This document shows positions 1-13,348 of a stretch of 64,000 nucleotides of DNA, one piece after another; the first letter of the stretch is position 1, and every line of letters starts with the position of its first letter. Below the pieces are notes generated by a model that did no database searches, was not told where the DNA came from, and saw nothing but the letters and a program-made list of their open reading frames with translations. The stretch lies in assembly GCF_009914755.1 (NCBI RefSeq), contig NC_060932.1; one strand, 5' to 3'. Position numbers and translations under genes: made by a program. The stretch comes from the human T2T-CHM13v2.0 reference genome, Homo sapiens.

Positions 1-285
1 CAATATGACTATAGTTAATGATAATGTATACTTGAAATTTGCTGAGGGAATGCATCTTAAATGTTCTCATCATGGAAAAAAAGGTAACTATGGGAGGTGA
101 TGAATATGTTAATTAACCTGGTTGAGGTGAATATTTCAAAATGTATAGATATGTTAAATCATGCAGTCATATACCTTAAATATATACAATTTTTAATTAT
201 TATTTTTGTTTCTTTGGGATTACAGATGTGAGCCACCACACCTGGCCTACAATTTTTAATTATCAATTATACCTCAGTAATGTTG
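1..285 (+). mobile_element. Old L1 (L1MA/L1MB-type) 3' end fragment
   Basis: L1M 3' UTR motifs (gactatagttaat...ttgaaatttgctgag...ggtaactatgggaggtgatg...ccttaaatatatacaattt); interrupted by the mini-Alu. Confidence 0.75.
201..247 (-). mobile_element. 47-bp internally deleted Alu with 16-bp TSD
   Basis: Minus strand ggccaggtgtggtggctcacatctgtaatccc plus A-rich tail; tacaatttttaattat at 185-200 and 248-263. Confidence 0.85.
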
Positions 286-1394
286 GGGAAATGGGGAAAA
301 ACAAGAGAGGAGAGCCAAGAATGATGTCTTCAGAGATATGACCTGGACCACCATGTGCTTTGCCTCTTTAATGGTGTCATTTTGAGTTAGGAGTAAGAAT
401 GTGGTATAAAGGAGTAGCTCAGGCTAAGAAGAAACCCAAAAATACATCCAAGAATCTCCACAAGTAGCAGCTGAAATGCTCTATTTTTCTTTTCTTATCA
501 TCTTCCTGTTGTATCCAAGTGCTATCTTTCTTCCACTTTTTATACTTGTATCCAGAATTTCCAGATTTGTGTCTTTTTTCTTGGGTGAGCTTCCTAGAAT
601 GAGGATTCTGACTCAATTCTAATCCAATTCAGTGGAAATAATTAGATCCAATTCAATTCATAGATTTAAAGCATTAAAAATCTGCCCTCTTTACAGACCA
701 CACTCCCACAAGATGCTGAACCACCTGGCCAATGGCAGTACAAAAATACAGAAGATTCACTGCACACCTTCGACTTTGGTACATACTCTCTAAACAGATA
801 TTTTTCTTTCTGCACAGAGGTTAATCTGTTATGATCAACAGATCAGGTGCTTATATTGCCAAATGCTGCCTGATTATAAAGTTTCCTCATTACTATTTTA
901 CAGTGTTGTTTTCTAGTCACAAGGGTGTCTAGTCATATGAAAAATTTTAAACATCAGGAAAGATCTCTTAGCAAATGAAATAAATATTTGGGAAAACAAG
1001 ATAAACTCAGATGTGTTTGTTCCAGGAGACCAACTATGATATAATCTCCATCTTCATTTGTTGATTTTTCTTTCCTTCAGTGGACTTTAGAGCGATCTTT
1101 TGGCATTCTCTGATACATTTTAACAGCCTTATTTCATTTTGACTTCACAGAAATAACTTGGGGATCTGGTGTGTAAAGATGAACTATCATCAAATGTGTA
1201 TATACTTCTTATTATTTTTACATGGTGATGATGAACTTACATTCATGTATTAACACTTCTTTTTACAGACTTTTTGCGGTGTTATTGTAGGATTGAAAGC
1301 ATCAGCTCAAATGTTCTCCTCCTCTGTACGTACTCATTTAGTTAGAGCAAGTTTACATTCCAATAAATGACCTGACTTACAAGCCTTCCCTTAA

Positions 1395-1429
1395 ATATAT
1401 ATATATATATAGATATATATATATATATA
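1395..1429. repeat. (TA)n microsatellite
   Basis: Direct TA dinucleotide run with one GA interruption. Confidence 0.95.
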
Positions 1430-1699
1430 AATTGTTATGTCTCTGCACTAAAGTATTAAAAAGTAAATTGGCTTTTATTTGTTTTTCTTGCTCTTCATGT
1501 TGATTTATGTTGCTACACCTGGCATATAACACATGTTGGAGAATGCAATGTTGGAAAACCTATGCAAGTACTTTTCGTTAAAAATGGCAAATGAAAGACA
1601 GCCAGGGTACAGCCTGTGAGGTGTTGTTCCTTGATTACCTAATGTCATTAGCTCTTTAATAATACTGAGTTTTGTTTGTTGAATTCCAGGAGATAACCC

Positions 1700-2120
1700 A
1701 TAAATTGCCTAAACTAATCGAGATAATCCCATTCCACTTTGCTGGTGGTTAGTCTGAGTATGAACATCTAGAATTTGAGATATGAAGAGGTTGGATAAGA
1801 GCTGGGTCTTCCAGAAGTAATTTTTCTCCTTGATTAAAGGAGAGAATCATATGATGAAAGGCCCATTTCTTCCTGCCTAACTCCTTTCTTCAGCTTTGGA
1901 CACTGCCATGTGAGGGTTTAATGCCTGGATCTGTGCCATGAAGCAAACAGGAGGAGAATGAAAGCTGGAGCACTTAGCAGGGTAGGTCAGAAGGATGGAC
2001 AGATTCTGCGTCTGATGTTATCACTGAGTTACTGAAATAACCCTGGAACTGCTTTTCTCTGCACTTTTTGTTAATAAAACAATAAATATTTTCCCCGCAT
2101 TGAAAGGCATTCCTTATAAT
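1700..2120 (+). mobile_element. Degraded MLT1 (ERVL-MaLR) LTR
   Basis: MLT1J/K-like motifs (gatgttatcactgagttactgaaataaccctggaactgc...aataaatatttt). Confidence 0.45.
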
Positions 2121-3659
2121 ATGTAGTCTCTTCCAATTTCTCACTAAAATGCCAGTGGTGACCCAAGGAAGTACTACAATAGTAATTTTTTTTAAAAAAG
2201 CCTTCATTATTTTACCCATTCCCTTCTATTAAAAATTTTCAAGATGTTTCTGGGGGACTGGAGAAAGAACAAACCAGTCAAAATTAAGCAGGGATTTTCC
2301 CCTCAAATTTTGACTTAATTTTTTACTGGAGGAGGGAAGACCCATTAGTTATATTTTCAAGAAGAAAGTCAACTAGCAGGAGTTTATTTCTGTCCTGCTT
2401 CTCTGTTGCTTATCTGCTGCTGAGGCCAATTACAATGAGGAAGGAATCAGCACTGATAATTATACCTGTGTACTCCTCTGTTTTTGTTACCATAAAGGTT
2501 TACTAATTGGAAAGTTATCTCAGTGCACCACTGTATTTCAAAAGCTTAGGCCAACTTCCGCAATGATGACTCAGGGCTTCTAACGTAAAGACCTGCTGAA
2601 TAAATAGAGGTCCTAGTAACACAAATTCCACCATCATATCATCAGTTTAAACATCCTGTGCTCAAGAAGCACCATAATTCCCTTATATAAATACTCAAAC
2701 CACAGCAATAAACATGGCTAGCATGTTATTATGTCACTTGAATCCACAAAAGTACAATTTGTGATAGAAAGCTAAACTTCCACTTTCTGGCCACTTGAAT
2801 TATCATACAGACTTTCCTATAATTGTAAAAATTAAAACATTAATTTTTAAAAAGCAATTATATCAACTATATTTGCTCATATATTTATTATTTCAAAAGT
2901 AGGATATATAGTAAAAACCATTTAACCAAACTGGGAAACTCTATCATTCAGGTCCATTGGAAGGAGGGATTTTAAACATAGAATTCAAATGTGTGTGTGT
3001 ATGCGTGTGTTCATGTGCATGTGTGTATAAAACATTCAGGGAACACTGTCATTTTTTAATTAAACTATTATTAACTATACTTATGTACATGTGTGTAGAG
3101 TTCATAAGGTTGAACTATCAGATTTTTTCTAAAGTTAATAAAACAATATGAGAATCATATCCCATTCAAGTGGAGTGAACTTCTAGATCACTCTAGACAA
3201 GTCCCTACATTTCCTTTTCTTTGAGAACACGTATCTATTTACATAATGCAATATCTCTAGTTCTCAGACCAGACACACTCTTACTTTCAGTTTTGTTTGA
3301 CAGATTTGATTCCTTGACCTAAAACTTTCACTAAGGTGTCTATAATCACTTTGCATTCCTACATTTTTCTTCTTCCTCTTTGCAAAATTTCTAGACTGTG
3401 AACCTGCCTTAAAAGCATCTTTTAACTGACATTAGGATGCTGGGTGGTCATGACCCAATGTCTTCAAAAGCCTGGAACCATTCCAAGTCTGTTTAGAAAG
3501 ACAGAATGAGAAGGGGAGAAAGGGAGAGTAAAGTAAAAACTCTTTCTCTAGCATTAAAAACTTGCATATATGCTTTGTTTGGAAACTTGAATGCTTGCTG
3601 AATTTTTAAAATATTGTTAAGGAATTATTGCCAATAATAATGTTACTGTGGCTCCATTT

Positions 3660-3880
3660 GAAAAAGAGACCTTATAATTTAGAGATACAGACTAATTATT
3701 TACAGATGAGATGATATGATGTCTGATATTTGCTTCAAAACAATATGGGAAGTGGGAACTGGAAGTATACTTGACATAAGATTAGTCATAGATCTTTCAT
3801 TGCAGCTGAATGCATGGTTACATGCTGGTTTGTTATGCTATTCTGTCTACTTTGTAAACAACTCTATACACATATTAAAA
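3660..3880 (+). mobile_element. L1MC/L1ME 3' fragment
   Basis: tttacagatgagatgatatgatgtctgatatttgcttcaaaacaatatggg matches old L1 3' UTR. Confidence 0.6.
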
Positions 3881-3887
3881 ACCTATC

Positions 3888-4403
<516 letters not shown>

Positions 4404-4424
4404 AAATCTCAACTAATTTTCAAA

Positions 4425-5790
4425 AATTGAACATATGTATCTGTGTAACTGTCACCCCAATGAAGAAATAAAAAATTACCAGGACTTCAGAAGACCCCAC
4501 CTGTGCTCCTTTTAAGAACACGCCTGCTTTCTCTAGTGTAGTCACCATTGTAACTTCTAATATTTTCTGTTTGCCTATTTACATAATTTATATAAAGGAA
4601 ATCATAGATTGTACACTCTTGTGGCTTGATTTTTTGTTCGATATCAGGATGAGATATTTTGGAATTGTTTCATGTAGCTGTAAATCATACATTCTCATTG
4701 TGTCATATATGCTAATGTGTGAATATGCCACCATTTAGTTATGCATTTAACTATTGATAGACATTCAGAATTTTCAGGATTTTTGCTGTTACAAATAGTG
4801 GCACTGTGAAAATTCTATTTCATATCCTTCAGTGAGCATATGCTTATGATTGTTTGTTGAATATATACCTAAAAATAAGTTATTGGGTCATAGGTTATTA
4901 TATTTTCAGTTATATTAGACACCACTAAACTGTTTACCAAAGGAGCTATACAAATTTATATTCATATCTGCATTAAGTGTTCTACTTTCTCCACAACTTT
5001 GTCAACACTTGGTATTTTCCATATTTTTCATTTTTTATTTCTGGTAGGAGTATTGTGATGCCACATTGTGGTTTTATTTTGCAATTCCCTGACAGCAACA
5101 AAGTTGAGTATCTTATTATACTCAATTATGTAACTTATTATACTCAGGGTATTTGGATATTCTCTTTTATAATGTACATAATGTATGTACATAACGTATG
5201 TTTAAATATCAATATTTTCTCTTTGGATGTGTCTATTTGTTAAATTGATTGGTAAAAACTCTTCATATGTTCTGGATACAAGTTTTTTTCAGGTATATGT
5301 GAGAGAATATCTTTCTCCATTCTGTGGGTTGTCTTAATGGTGTCTTAATATACAGAAATTCTTGATTTTAACATAGTCCCCTTTATCAACGTTTTCCTTT
5401 ATCTTTAATGCTTTTCATGTAGTATTTTAAAAAACCTTTGCCTACTCCAAGTCACAAAGATGACTTCTTACATTTCTTTCTAAAAACTTTGATATTTTTC
5501 CTATCACATATAGATGGATAATCTATATGAAATTGATTTTTATATATGCCATGAGATAGGGAAAGTACATTTGTCCTTCATATGAACATCTAATTAACCC
5601 AGCACCATTAAGTTATTTTTGTCAGGTGCATTACTAGTTCAGTTTTGTCATAAACCAGGTGTCTAAATATCTGTAGATTTATATCCTGATTGTGTATTCA
5701 ATCCTCTTGTTCACTTTGCCTACTTTTACATCACTGTATTAACACTGAATTAATACTGTTGATGGAACTTTAATGTCTTCATCTGTTAAC
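4425..5790 (-). mobile_element. Old L1M fragment (3' UTR and end of ORF2)
   Basis: Antisense L1 motifs (cattgtggttttattttgcaattccctga; ctccattctgtgggttgtc; aattgatttttatatatg...cccagcaccatt). Confidence 0.75.
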
Positions 5791-6412
5791 TTCTATATCT
5801 AAGATCATTCATGAGTCAACTGTCTGTTTAGAAATTGTTGATTGCATGTGAGACATTTGGTATTAAAAAAAAAAACATAAAGGCTCTAGTTAATGTAAGT
5901 CTCCATAAAAGAGGTTCCCCTATTTCCTTTCTTAGAAAGGTAGGTAGAAAGAATGAACATCTCAATTCCATCAGGAATTGTGCCAAGTCAGAGTTGAGTT
6001 GCAGTTTTAAGAAGATGCAGTTTAGGTATGATTCATGTCTATTTTAAAGACATGTAATTTCCAGGATCTTAATTGAGATATTTTTGTTGCTTGCTTCCTT
6101 GCTTTTGAAACATTGTAGATTGATTTCTGGCATCAGAGATAGTCAATTGACCTCTTTAGGTCCTTATCTCACATGGAATTAAATTTTGGTGAGTATCTTG
6201 AGGAGTATTGGCAGGCATATTTTAGGTGTAAAACTACTGAATCTCCCTCTCTGCTCTTTAGAAGTGTTTTGCATTCCTCCTCAGCCTCCTGTACAGACAG
6301 ACCTAGAACTCACAAAATGACCTGTGAGAAAATTTTTAATGCAATTAAACCCCTTAAATTTCCAATTCATTACTCTAGCTCCACGTAACCACTGAAAGCT
6401 TTGCCGGTGTGA

Positions 6413-6885
6413 ATCATTCTACTTTCTACCTCCATGAGATCAACTGTTTTAGCTCCCACATCTATACCTGTGTTTCCATACATGGCTTATTTCACTTAAC
6501 ATATTAACCTCCAGTTCCATCCATGTTGCTGCAAATTACATGATTCAATTATTTTTTATGGCTAAATAGTATTCCACTGTGTATATATACACCACATTTT
6601 CTTTATCCATTTGTTCACTGATGGATACAGGTTGATTTCATATCTTAAATATGGTGTAAGGGGGATAAAGAGATGTTGATTAATGGGTGCAAACATACAG
6701 TTAGAAGGAATAAATTATAGCAGAGTAGAGTAACTATAACAACAATATAGTGTATACTTCAAAATAACTAGAAAATACCGCAAATATTCTGACTTGATCA
6801 TTACACATTCCATGCATGTAACAAAATATCACATGTGCCACATAAACATGCACAAATACTATGTATCAATAAAAATAAAAAATAA
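6413..6885 (+). mobile_element. L1MA 3' end with 5' inversion
   Basis: About 6413-6650 is antisense L1 3' region; about 6652-6885 is the sense continuation ending in tcaataaaaataaaaaataa. Confidence 0.75.
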
Positions 6886-7226
6886 GTAAAAGGTATAAGA
6901 TTTAAAAAGCTTGTTTTTTTAATAACAACTTTTTCCAAGAAAAATAAAAATAAGAAAGCATGTTACACTTCCCGTAAATAATGAAACACAGCTTTTAGTC
7001 ATACACATTTGAATGTATCTATAAATTATCAGAATAAAAAGTCTTTCCCCTTCCAACGTTTCTGGAATGCTACTATTTTAACTTTGCTAAATAATTTTTG
7101 GTGTACATAGTTTTGCCTTTTTCCCAAAAGTATAGTGTAATGCAGTAGGACAAAATAGTTGTCAAATACGTTGAGTCATTTATTAAAGTTATGACTCAGC
7201 TTTAGAAAGAAAAATTGCAGCTGAGA

Positions 7227-7544
<318 letters not shown>

Positions 7545-8740
7545 TCAGGACATCTGCCACATCTTGGGCACTTTCAGCACAGCCAAGGTTTGCCCTGTAT
7601 GTGACCTCTGCAATTACAGCTTTTTGGTCTGGAGAAAAGAATTTAAGGGCAATGAAATCATATGCTGAAAGGTGAAAAAAATTGACTATGTCCATCATAT
7701 TACTTCTTACAAAATGTGAATTTATAAAATTACCAAGAGCATAAAGTATTGAGCAGTTGATGTGGAAGCAAAATATATTCAGAGTCAAATCCTGAAATGA
7801 AATCTAAGAGGCCATATCAATGGGTGAGGGGTTTGATTTAGCCATGTCAGGCTATCGAAAAACAAAAGAAAACAGAAACTTTGAAAAGCAGAGAGTGCTC
7901 AAAGGTTTTCAAACATTTTTTTTTTCTGGCGGTACCAAACATCTTTCAAATAAAGTTCACTCAGAATCTCAGTATGTATGCACAAAAGGCAAACACAAAA
8001 TTACTCTGGTTGAAGCAAGTATCAAGGGTCTAAAGCCCTTTTCCAAACATCTTTCAATGTACCACATCAGCCCCTCCAGGGTTGTAATGGAAAGGTACAA
8101 CTTTACAAAGAACACACTTCATACACTGAGGTGGAGAAAAGAAACACAGAGCAAAGTATGATACTAGTTAGTGTTGAGAGAGTACTAGGGAATGGAGCTA
8201 CTGCCAAGAGAAGCAGGACACAGTTTGAGAACCTATTGCGTGGTCCAGGAGATTGCTGGAGACTTTGTTCTCTCAGTAGACTCCAGCTCCCACTATCTTC
8301 CTAGTTCCTACTTCACTTCCAGGTCAAGCATGTTCTAAAACAAACTTCAATTTGCTTGTATTTATCTGAATTCTTTTAGTGATCTGAGTGACTTTTCTAT
8401 ATTTTACAAAACTGGAACAGATTTCGTCTGTATTTTCTTGGTCACCGATTCAAATGTTTGTCCATGGTAAGGTGTCTTATCCTTGTATCTGTCACTCTAT
8501 GACCTGAAAAATTATGAAAAATTTAATTAAAGGTGACAGATAAAGTGATATTGTTATAAATAATTTATGATTATTTATTTATTCAACCAACTTCATTTGA
8601 GCCAATAGGTCCTTTGTAAATGTTAGGTATACAGTGGTATTCAATTAACACATTGCTCCTGCTGTGATTATTTTTATTATTAAAAAAGGAGAAGCCAGGA
8701 GAGAGAGGAAGCAGAGAAATCTTGACATTGGTTCACATTC

Positions 8741-8755
8741 TTTTCTTTTTCTTTT

Positions 8756-8786
<31 letters not shown>

Positions 8787-9054
8787 GAGATGGGATCTCA
8801 CCCTTTTGCTCGAGCTGAAGTGCAGTGGCGCAATCATGGCTCACTGCAGGCTCAACCTCCCGGCCTCAAGCCATACTCCCACCTCAAGCTCCTGAGGAGC
8901 TGGGACTATAGGCACGTACCAACACTCCTCAATACTTTTCCTTTGTATTTTTTAATAGAGATGGGGTCTTGCCATGTTGCCCAGGCCGGTTTCAAACTCC
9001 TGACCTCAAGTGATCCACCTGCCTTAGCCTCCCAAAGTGCTGAGATTATAGGCA
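8741..9054 (-). mobile_element. AluJ
   Basis: Poly-T followed by antisense Alu body with J-type diagnostics (caatcatggctcactgcag). Confidence 0.9.
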
Positions 9055-9149
9055 GTTCATTCTTTATAATTTCTGAGAAAATTAGTTTTTAAGCTCATCT
9101 TTTTTTTTTTTAATCACAACAGCATAAAGAATCTCATTACAGTGAGTTA

Positions 9150-9280
9150 GGATTGCCTAGGGATTATACGTGTGGGCTCCAAGTCTGAATGCCTGGGTAT
9201 AAACCACAGCTGCCACTTCCTGGCTGTGGACCTCTAGCAATTTACTCATTCTATTCAACTCATCTGAAAAGGAGATAGAA
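9150..9280 (+). mobile_element. MIR fragment
   Basis: MIR core-like gcctgggtataaaccacagctgccacttcctggctgtggacct. Confidence 0.55.
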
Positions 9281-10385
9281 TTATATTTCAGCCCAATGAA
9301 ATCCCTCCCTGTCCACCGATCCATAATAGCATCCCTGATGTACACATGACAACATTTCAGAATATTTTCTGTCAGTACTAGGAAAACAGAAGTCCTTGTA
9401 ATGAATGGTTGGACACAAGACCATTTAAAGATTAATTCTTAACAGTTATGCTTGAGAATGCAGGATAAGACCTTGCCAGATTTTCTTCTTCTGTTAATGT
9501 AAGGGTATGAAATATTTCTAAAATATTTTAGCCAATTCATATATTTTAAATACTTTATTTCCAACAATGAGATGGCATTTACAATACACAAGTCACAAAT
9601 TTCACCAGTAAAAACTCCTTTCAGACTTTTCTTAAGCTAACTAGTAAAGCCTAAGATATTATTCAAGATACTGGGAAGAGAAGTGCTCATAGAAGCCACT
9701 TGTGCAGTGTAGGTTTTTGATGTAACACAGGTTAAGTTTGACAGGATGTCTCAATGCAGAAGTCAGTAATATCATTATTGCCCTAATTCTGAAAACTATA
9801 CTTTTAGTGTGGATAATATTATTAATTTTGTATTTGTAGTCATATTCTACTATGTTCCCATATAAATTTAGAGTAATTATATGTTTATGCATTTTATCTT
9901 CAACAAACATAAACGTAGATGAACGAGATTAAAAGTAAAAGTTCTTTAACTGGGGATATGATCCCCAGCTTCTTTTACACTGTGTAGCATCCAGTGCCCA
10001 ACAGTACAAAAGGTAACATAGGTATCTAATACTATTTAATACATTCCTTTCCGATTAACTTAGGTTGAGTGAATTCTGTTGTCTGCAACTGAGAACCCTT
10101 ACAGATATAATTTGGAAGGGCAGTATTCTGTACAACTCTGATAAAGATCTCTATTTGGTTTGGCCTCAATCAATTTATATGCCTTCACTGAGTACACATA
10201 ATACATCAGTTTTTAGTGCACTTGAGAAATAAAAATATGTACTACAAAATATGTTAGCACCCAGACCATATTTCTTCAATATTACAAAAGACTGGGTCAA
10301 ATGCTTGCTTCTTTCGATCAAAAATACACTTTCAACAGTAGTCTCCTGGCCTTCCATTTGAGTGATCCACCAAGAAAACAAATTA

Positions 10386-10671
10386 GGCCAGGCCGGTGGC
10401 TCACGCCTGTAATCCTAGCACTTTGGGACGCCAAGGCAGGCAGATCACCTGAGGTCAGGAGTTTGAGACCAGCCTGGTCAACATGGTGAAACCCCGTCTC
10501 TACTAAAAATACAAAAATTAGCTGTGCGCAGTGGCAGGCACCTGTAATCCCAGCTACACGGGAGACTGAGGCAGAAGAATCACTTGAACCCAGGAGGTGG
10601 AGGTTGCAGGGAGCCAAGATCGTGCCACTGTACTCCAACCTGACAGAGTGAGACTCTGTCTCAAAAAAAAA
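10386..10671 (+). mobile_element. AluS (Sx/Sz-like)
   Basis: Complete dimeric Alu from ggccaggc to gtctcaaaaaaaaa. Confidence 0.93.
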
Positions 10672-11189
10672 TGCCTCTCTCCATAGGCTATCCATCTGAG
10701 AATGTTTTAAAATAGCTGTAGAAATCACCTTTATTTCTTTTAACAAAATCAGTTCAGTATGTGTTTTTCTTCAGTCTTCCAAAGTTTCTTAAGCTTACCA
10801 TGGTGGTGTGGCATTCTCTCCTATTAAGATTTCCCTCATTGGGATAGAATTATTTTGGAAAAGGAGGCATACACTCATGTTAGAACACCGAGAAACCTGC
10901 TTACTTGCAGGTTCAGTTTAGTTTTCAAAAAATAGTTAGAAACCTGCTTTCAATTTCTTGACCTAATATCAGCCTTTCTTTCCCTCGACCTTCTCAGTTA
11001 AAAAGATGATTTTCCTGGTCAGAGAAGCTTAAATCAAAAAAAAAAAAAAAAAATTTGAATAATTCTTCTCTTTGTTGAAAAATGTGTCAAAAATATTTAC
11101 AGTGTTTATTCCCTTTATTTACAATTCATAGCCAGTTATATGATTGGACATCCCACTATATTAAGTTTTGATACTTTGATATAGAAAGC

Positions 11190-12215
11190 CTTCAGTTTTT
11201 TTTACTCTTCAGTATTGTGTTGGCTATTCTAATCCTTTGGTCTCTCCATATAAACTTTAAAATCAGTTTGTCAGTATCTACAAAGTTGCATGCATGCTGG
11301 ATTTTGATTGCATTTAATCTATAAATCAATTGGGAAAATTGACACTTATATTGGGTCTTCCAAGCCATAAATATGGAATTTATCTCCATTGATTTAGATC
11401 TTTATTGATTTCTTCTTATTAGAGTTTTGTATTTTTGCACATATAATCTAATACATATTTTATTAGATTTATACCTGAATATGTGAGTTTTGGTGCTATT
11501 ATAAATGATTTTTAATATCAAATTCCAGTTACACGTTCCTGGTATTGAGGTAAGCTATTGACTTTAGTATATTAACCCTATATCATGCAAAGTGTTGTAA
11601 CTGCACATTAGTTCCAGGCATTTTGTTGTTCTTGATGGCTCCTCAGAATTTTCTGTATAGACAGTCATGTTATCTGTGAACAGTTTTATTTTATTTCTCT
11701 ACCAATCCATATAACTTTTCCTTTTTTCTGTCTTATTATACTAGCTAGGATTCCAGTATGGTCTTGAACAGGAGTGATGATGGGAAGGTAAATCTTTGCC
11801 ATGTTCCTGATCTTATGGGAGAGCACCTAATTTCTCACCATTGTGATGTTACCTGCCCCTCTTTACTCTTGATAATTTTCCTTGTCCTGAATTCCACTTT
11901 ATGTAAAATTAATATAACTCCTCCTGCTTTCTTCTGTTTAGTATTAGCATGGTATATTTTTCTCCATCATCCCTTTATTTAAACCAATCTCAGCGTTTCT
12001 ACTTTTAAAGTAGGTTTCTAATAGAAAACATATAGTTGGTTTTTTTACCCACTTTGACAATCACTGTCTTAGTTGATGTAGTTAAACCATTCATGTTTAA
12101 AGTGATTATTGGTCAATTTTGATTGATATCTACTATAAATGTTTTATATCTACTTGTAACTGTTTTCTATTTATGACACTTGTTCTTTGTTTTTGTTTTT
12201 CTTTTCTTCCTTTCT
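11190..12215 (-). mobile_element. Old L1M ORF2 fragments
   Basis: Minus ORF 11192-11389 gives L1 ORF2-like QLIYRLNAIKIQ...DKLILKFIW. Confidence 0.8.
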
Positions 12216-12898
12216 GTATTAGTTTCCTAGGGCTGCCATAACAAATTGCCATAAACTCGGTGGCTTAAAACAATAGGAATTTATTCTTTCGCCAATCAGT
12301 AGGCCATAAAACCAAAATAAATATGTCAACATGGTTGTTTCCTGCAGAGGCTCTAAAGGAGAGGCTATCCCATTCTCTCTCCAAGTTTCTGGTAGTTTCC
12401 AGCAATTCTTGGTGGTCCTTAGCTTGTAGATGTATCACTCCAATCCTTGCCCTCATTTTTCACATTGCCTTCTGTGAGTCTCTCTGCATCCTTTCCTCTT
12501 CTTAAAGACACTAGTCATTGTATTCATGGCTTATCCTAAATCCAGCATGATTTCACCTCAAAATTCTTAACTAATTACATGTGCAAAGACCCTATTCCCA
12601 AATGAGATCACATTCTGAGATTTTGAGTAGACATAAATTTAACAGAAACACTATTCAAACTACTACATTTCACTCTCTGATCAACCAAAATTATATCTAT
12701 CACATATGGAAATTCATTCACCTCATTCCAAAATTCCGAAAGTTGAAATCCATCCCAGCATCAATTCTAAATTAAAAATTTTATCTAAATATTATCAATT
12801 CAAAAGTTTTAAATATCATCATCTAAATAAGTTATCCATGACTCTTGGTATGGTCCATCCCAGGGCTAAATTACTCTCCATTTGTGGACCAGTGAAAT
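12216..12898 (-). mobile_element. MLT1 LTR (to about 12668) plus adjoining MLT-int fragment
   Basis: tgtattagtttcctagggctgccataacaaattgcc...cactattcaaactactaca, then MLT-int-like sequence that ends at the MER41 LTR. Confidence 0.75.
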
Positions 12899-13328
12899 TG
12901 AAGAGGAGGCAGGACTCCATTCTGGACCATATTGAAGATTGGCTGAAACAGAGAAGAGGCACCAAAAGCACTTCTCCATAAGACATGCCCACCAGTGCCA
13001 TGTCAGTTTACCACTGCCATGGCAACACCCAGAAGTTATTGTCCCTTGCTATGGCAATGACCTGGAAGTTACAACCTATTTTCTAGAAATTTCTGAATAG
13101 CCCATCCCTTAATTTGCATGTAATAAAAATTGGGCATAAATATGACTGCAGGACTTCTGATCTGCTACTCTTCATGCTGCCTGTGGGGCAGCTCTGCTCT
13201 GCAGGAGCAGTCATGGAGCTGTAACACTGCCACTTCAATAAAGCTGTTTTCTTCTATTACTAGCTCACTCTTGAATTATTTCCTAAGCAAAGCCAAGAAG
13301 CTTCCTGGGCTAAGCCTGCTCTGCATCA
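12899..13328 (+). mobile_element. MER41-family 5' LTR (ERV1)
   Basis: TG...CA ends; gccatggcaacacccagaagtt motif; aataaa poly(A) signal; followed by a PBS. Confidence 0.8.
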
Positions 13329-13330
13329 AG

Positions 13331-13348
13331 TAGTGCCCAATGTGGAGC
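13331..13348 (+). promoter_or_regulatory. Retroviral primer-binding site, tRNA-Lys-like
   Basis: tagtgcccaatgtggagc vs TGGCGCCCAACGTGGGGC (14/18), two bases after the LTR CA. Confidence 0.7.

Noticed and set aside
476-622. Short hydrophobic ATG ORF (MLYFSFLIIFLL...) with a GGTGAG donor-like site
   Set aside because: The hydrophobicity is explained by T-rich composition; no recognisable homology or partner exons.
11036-11053. Orphan poly-A as a retrocopy tail
   Set aside because: No TSD and no recognisable upstream transcript body.
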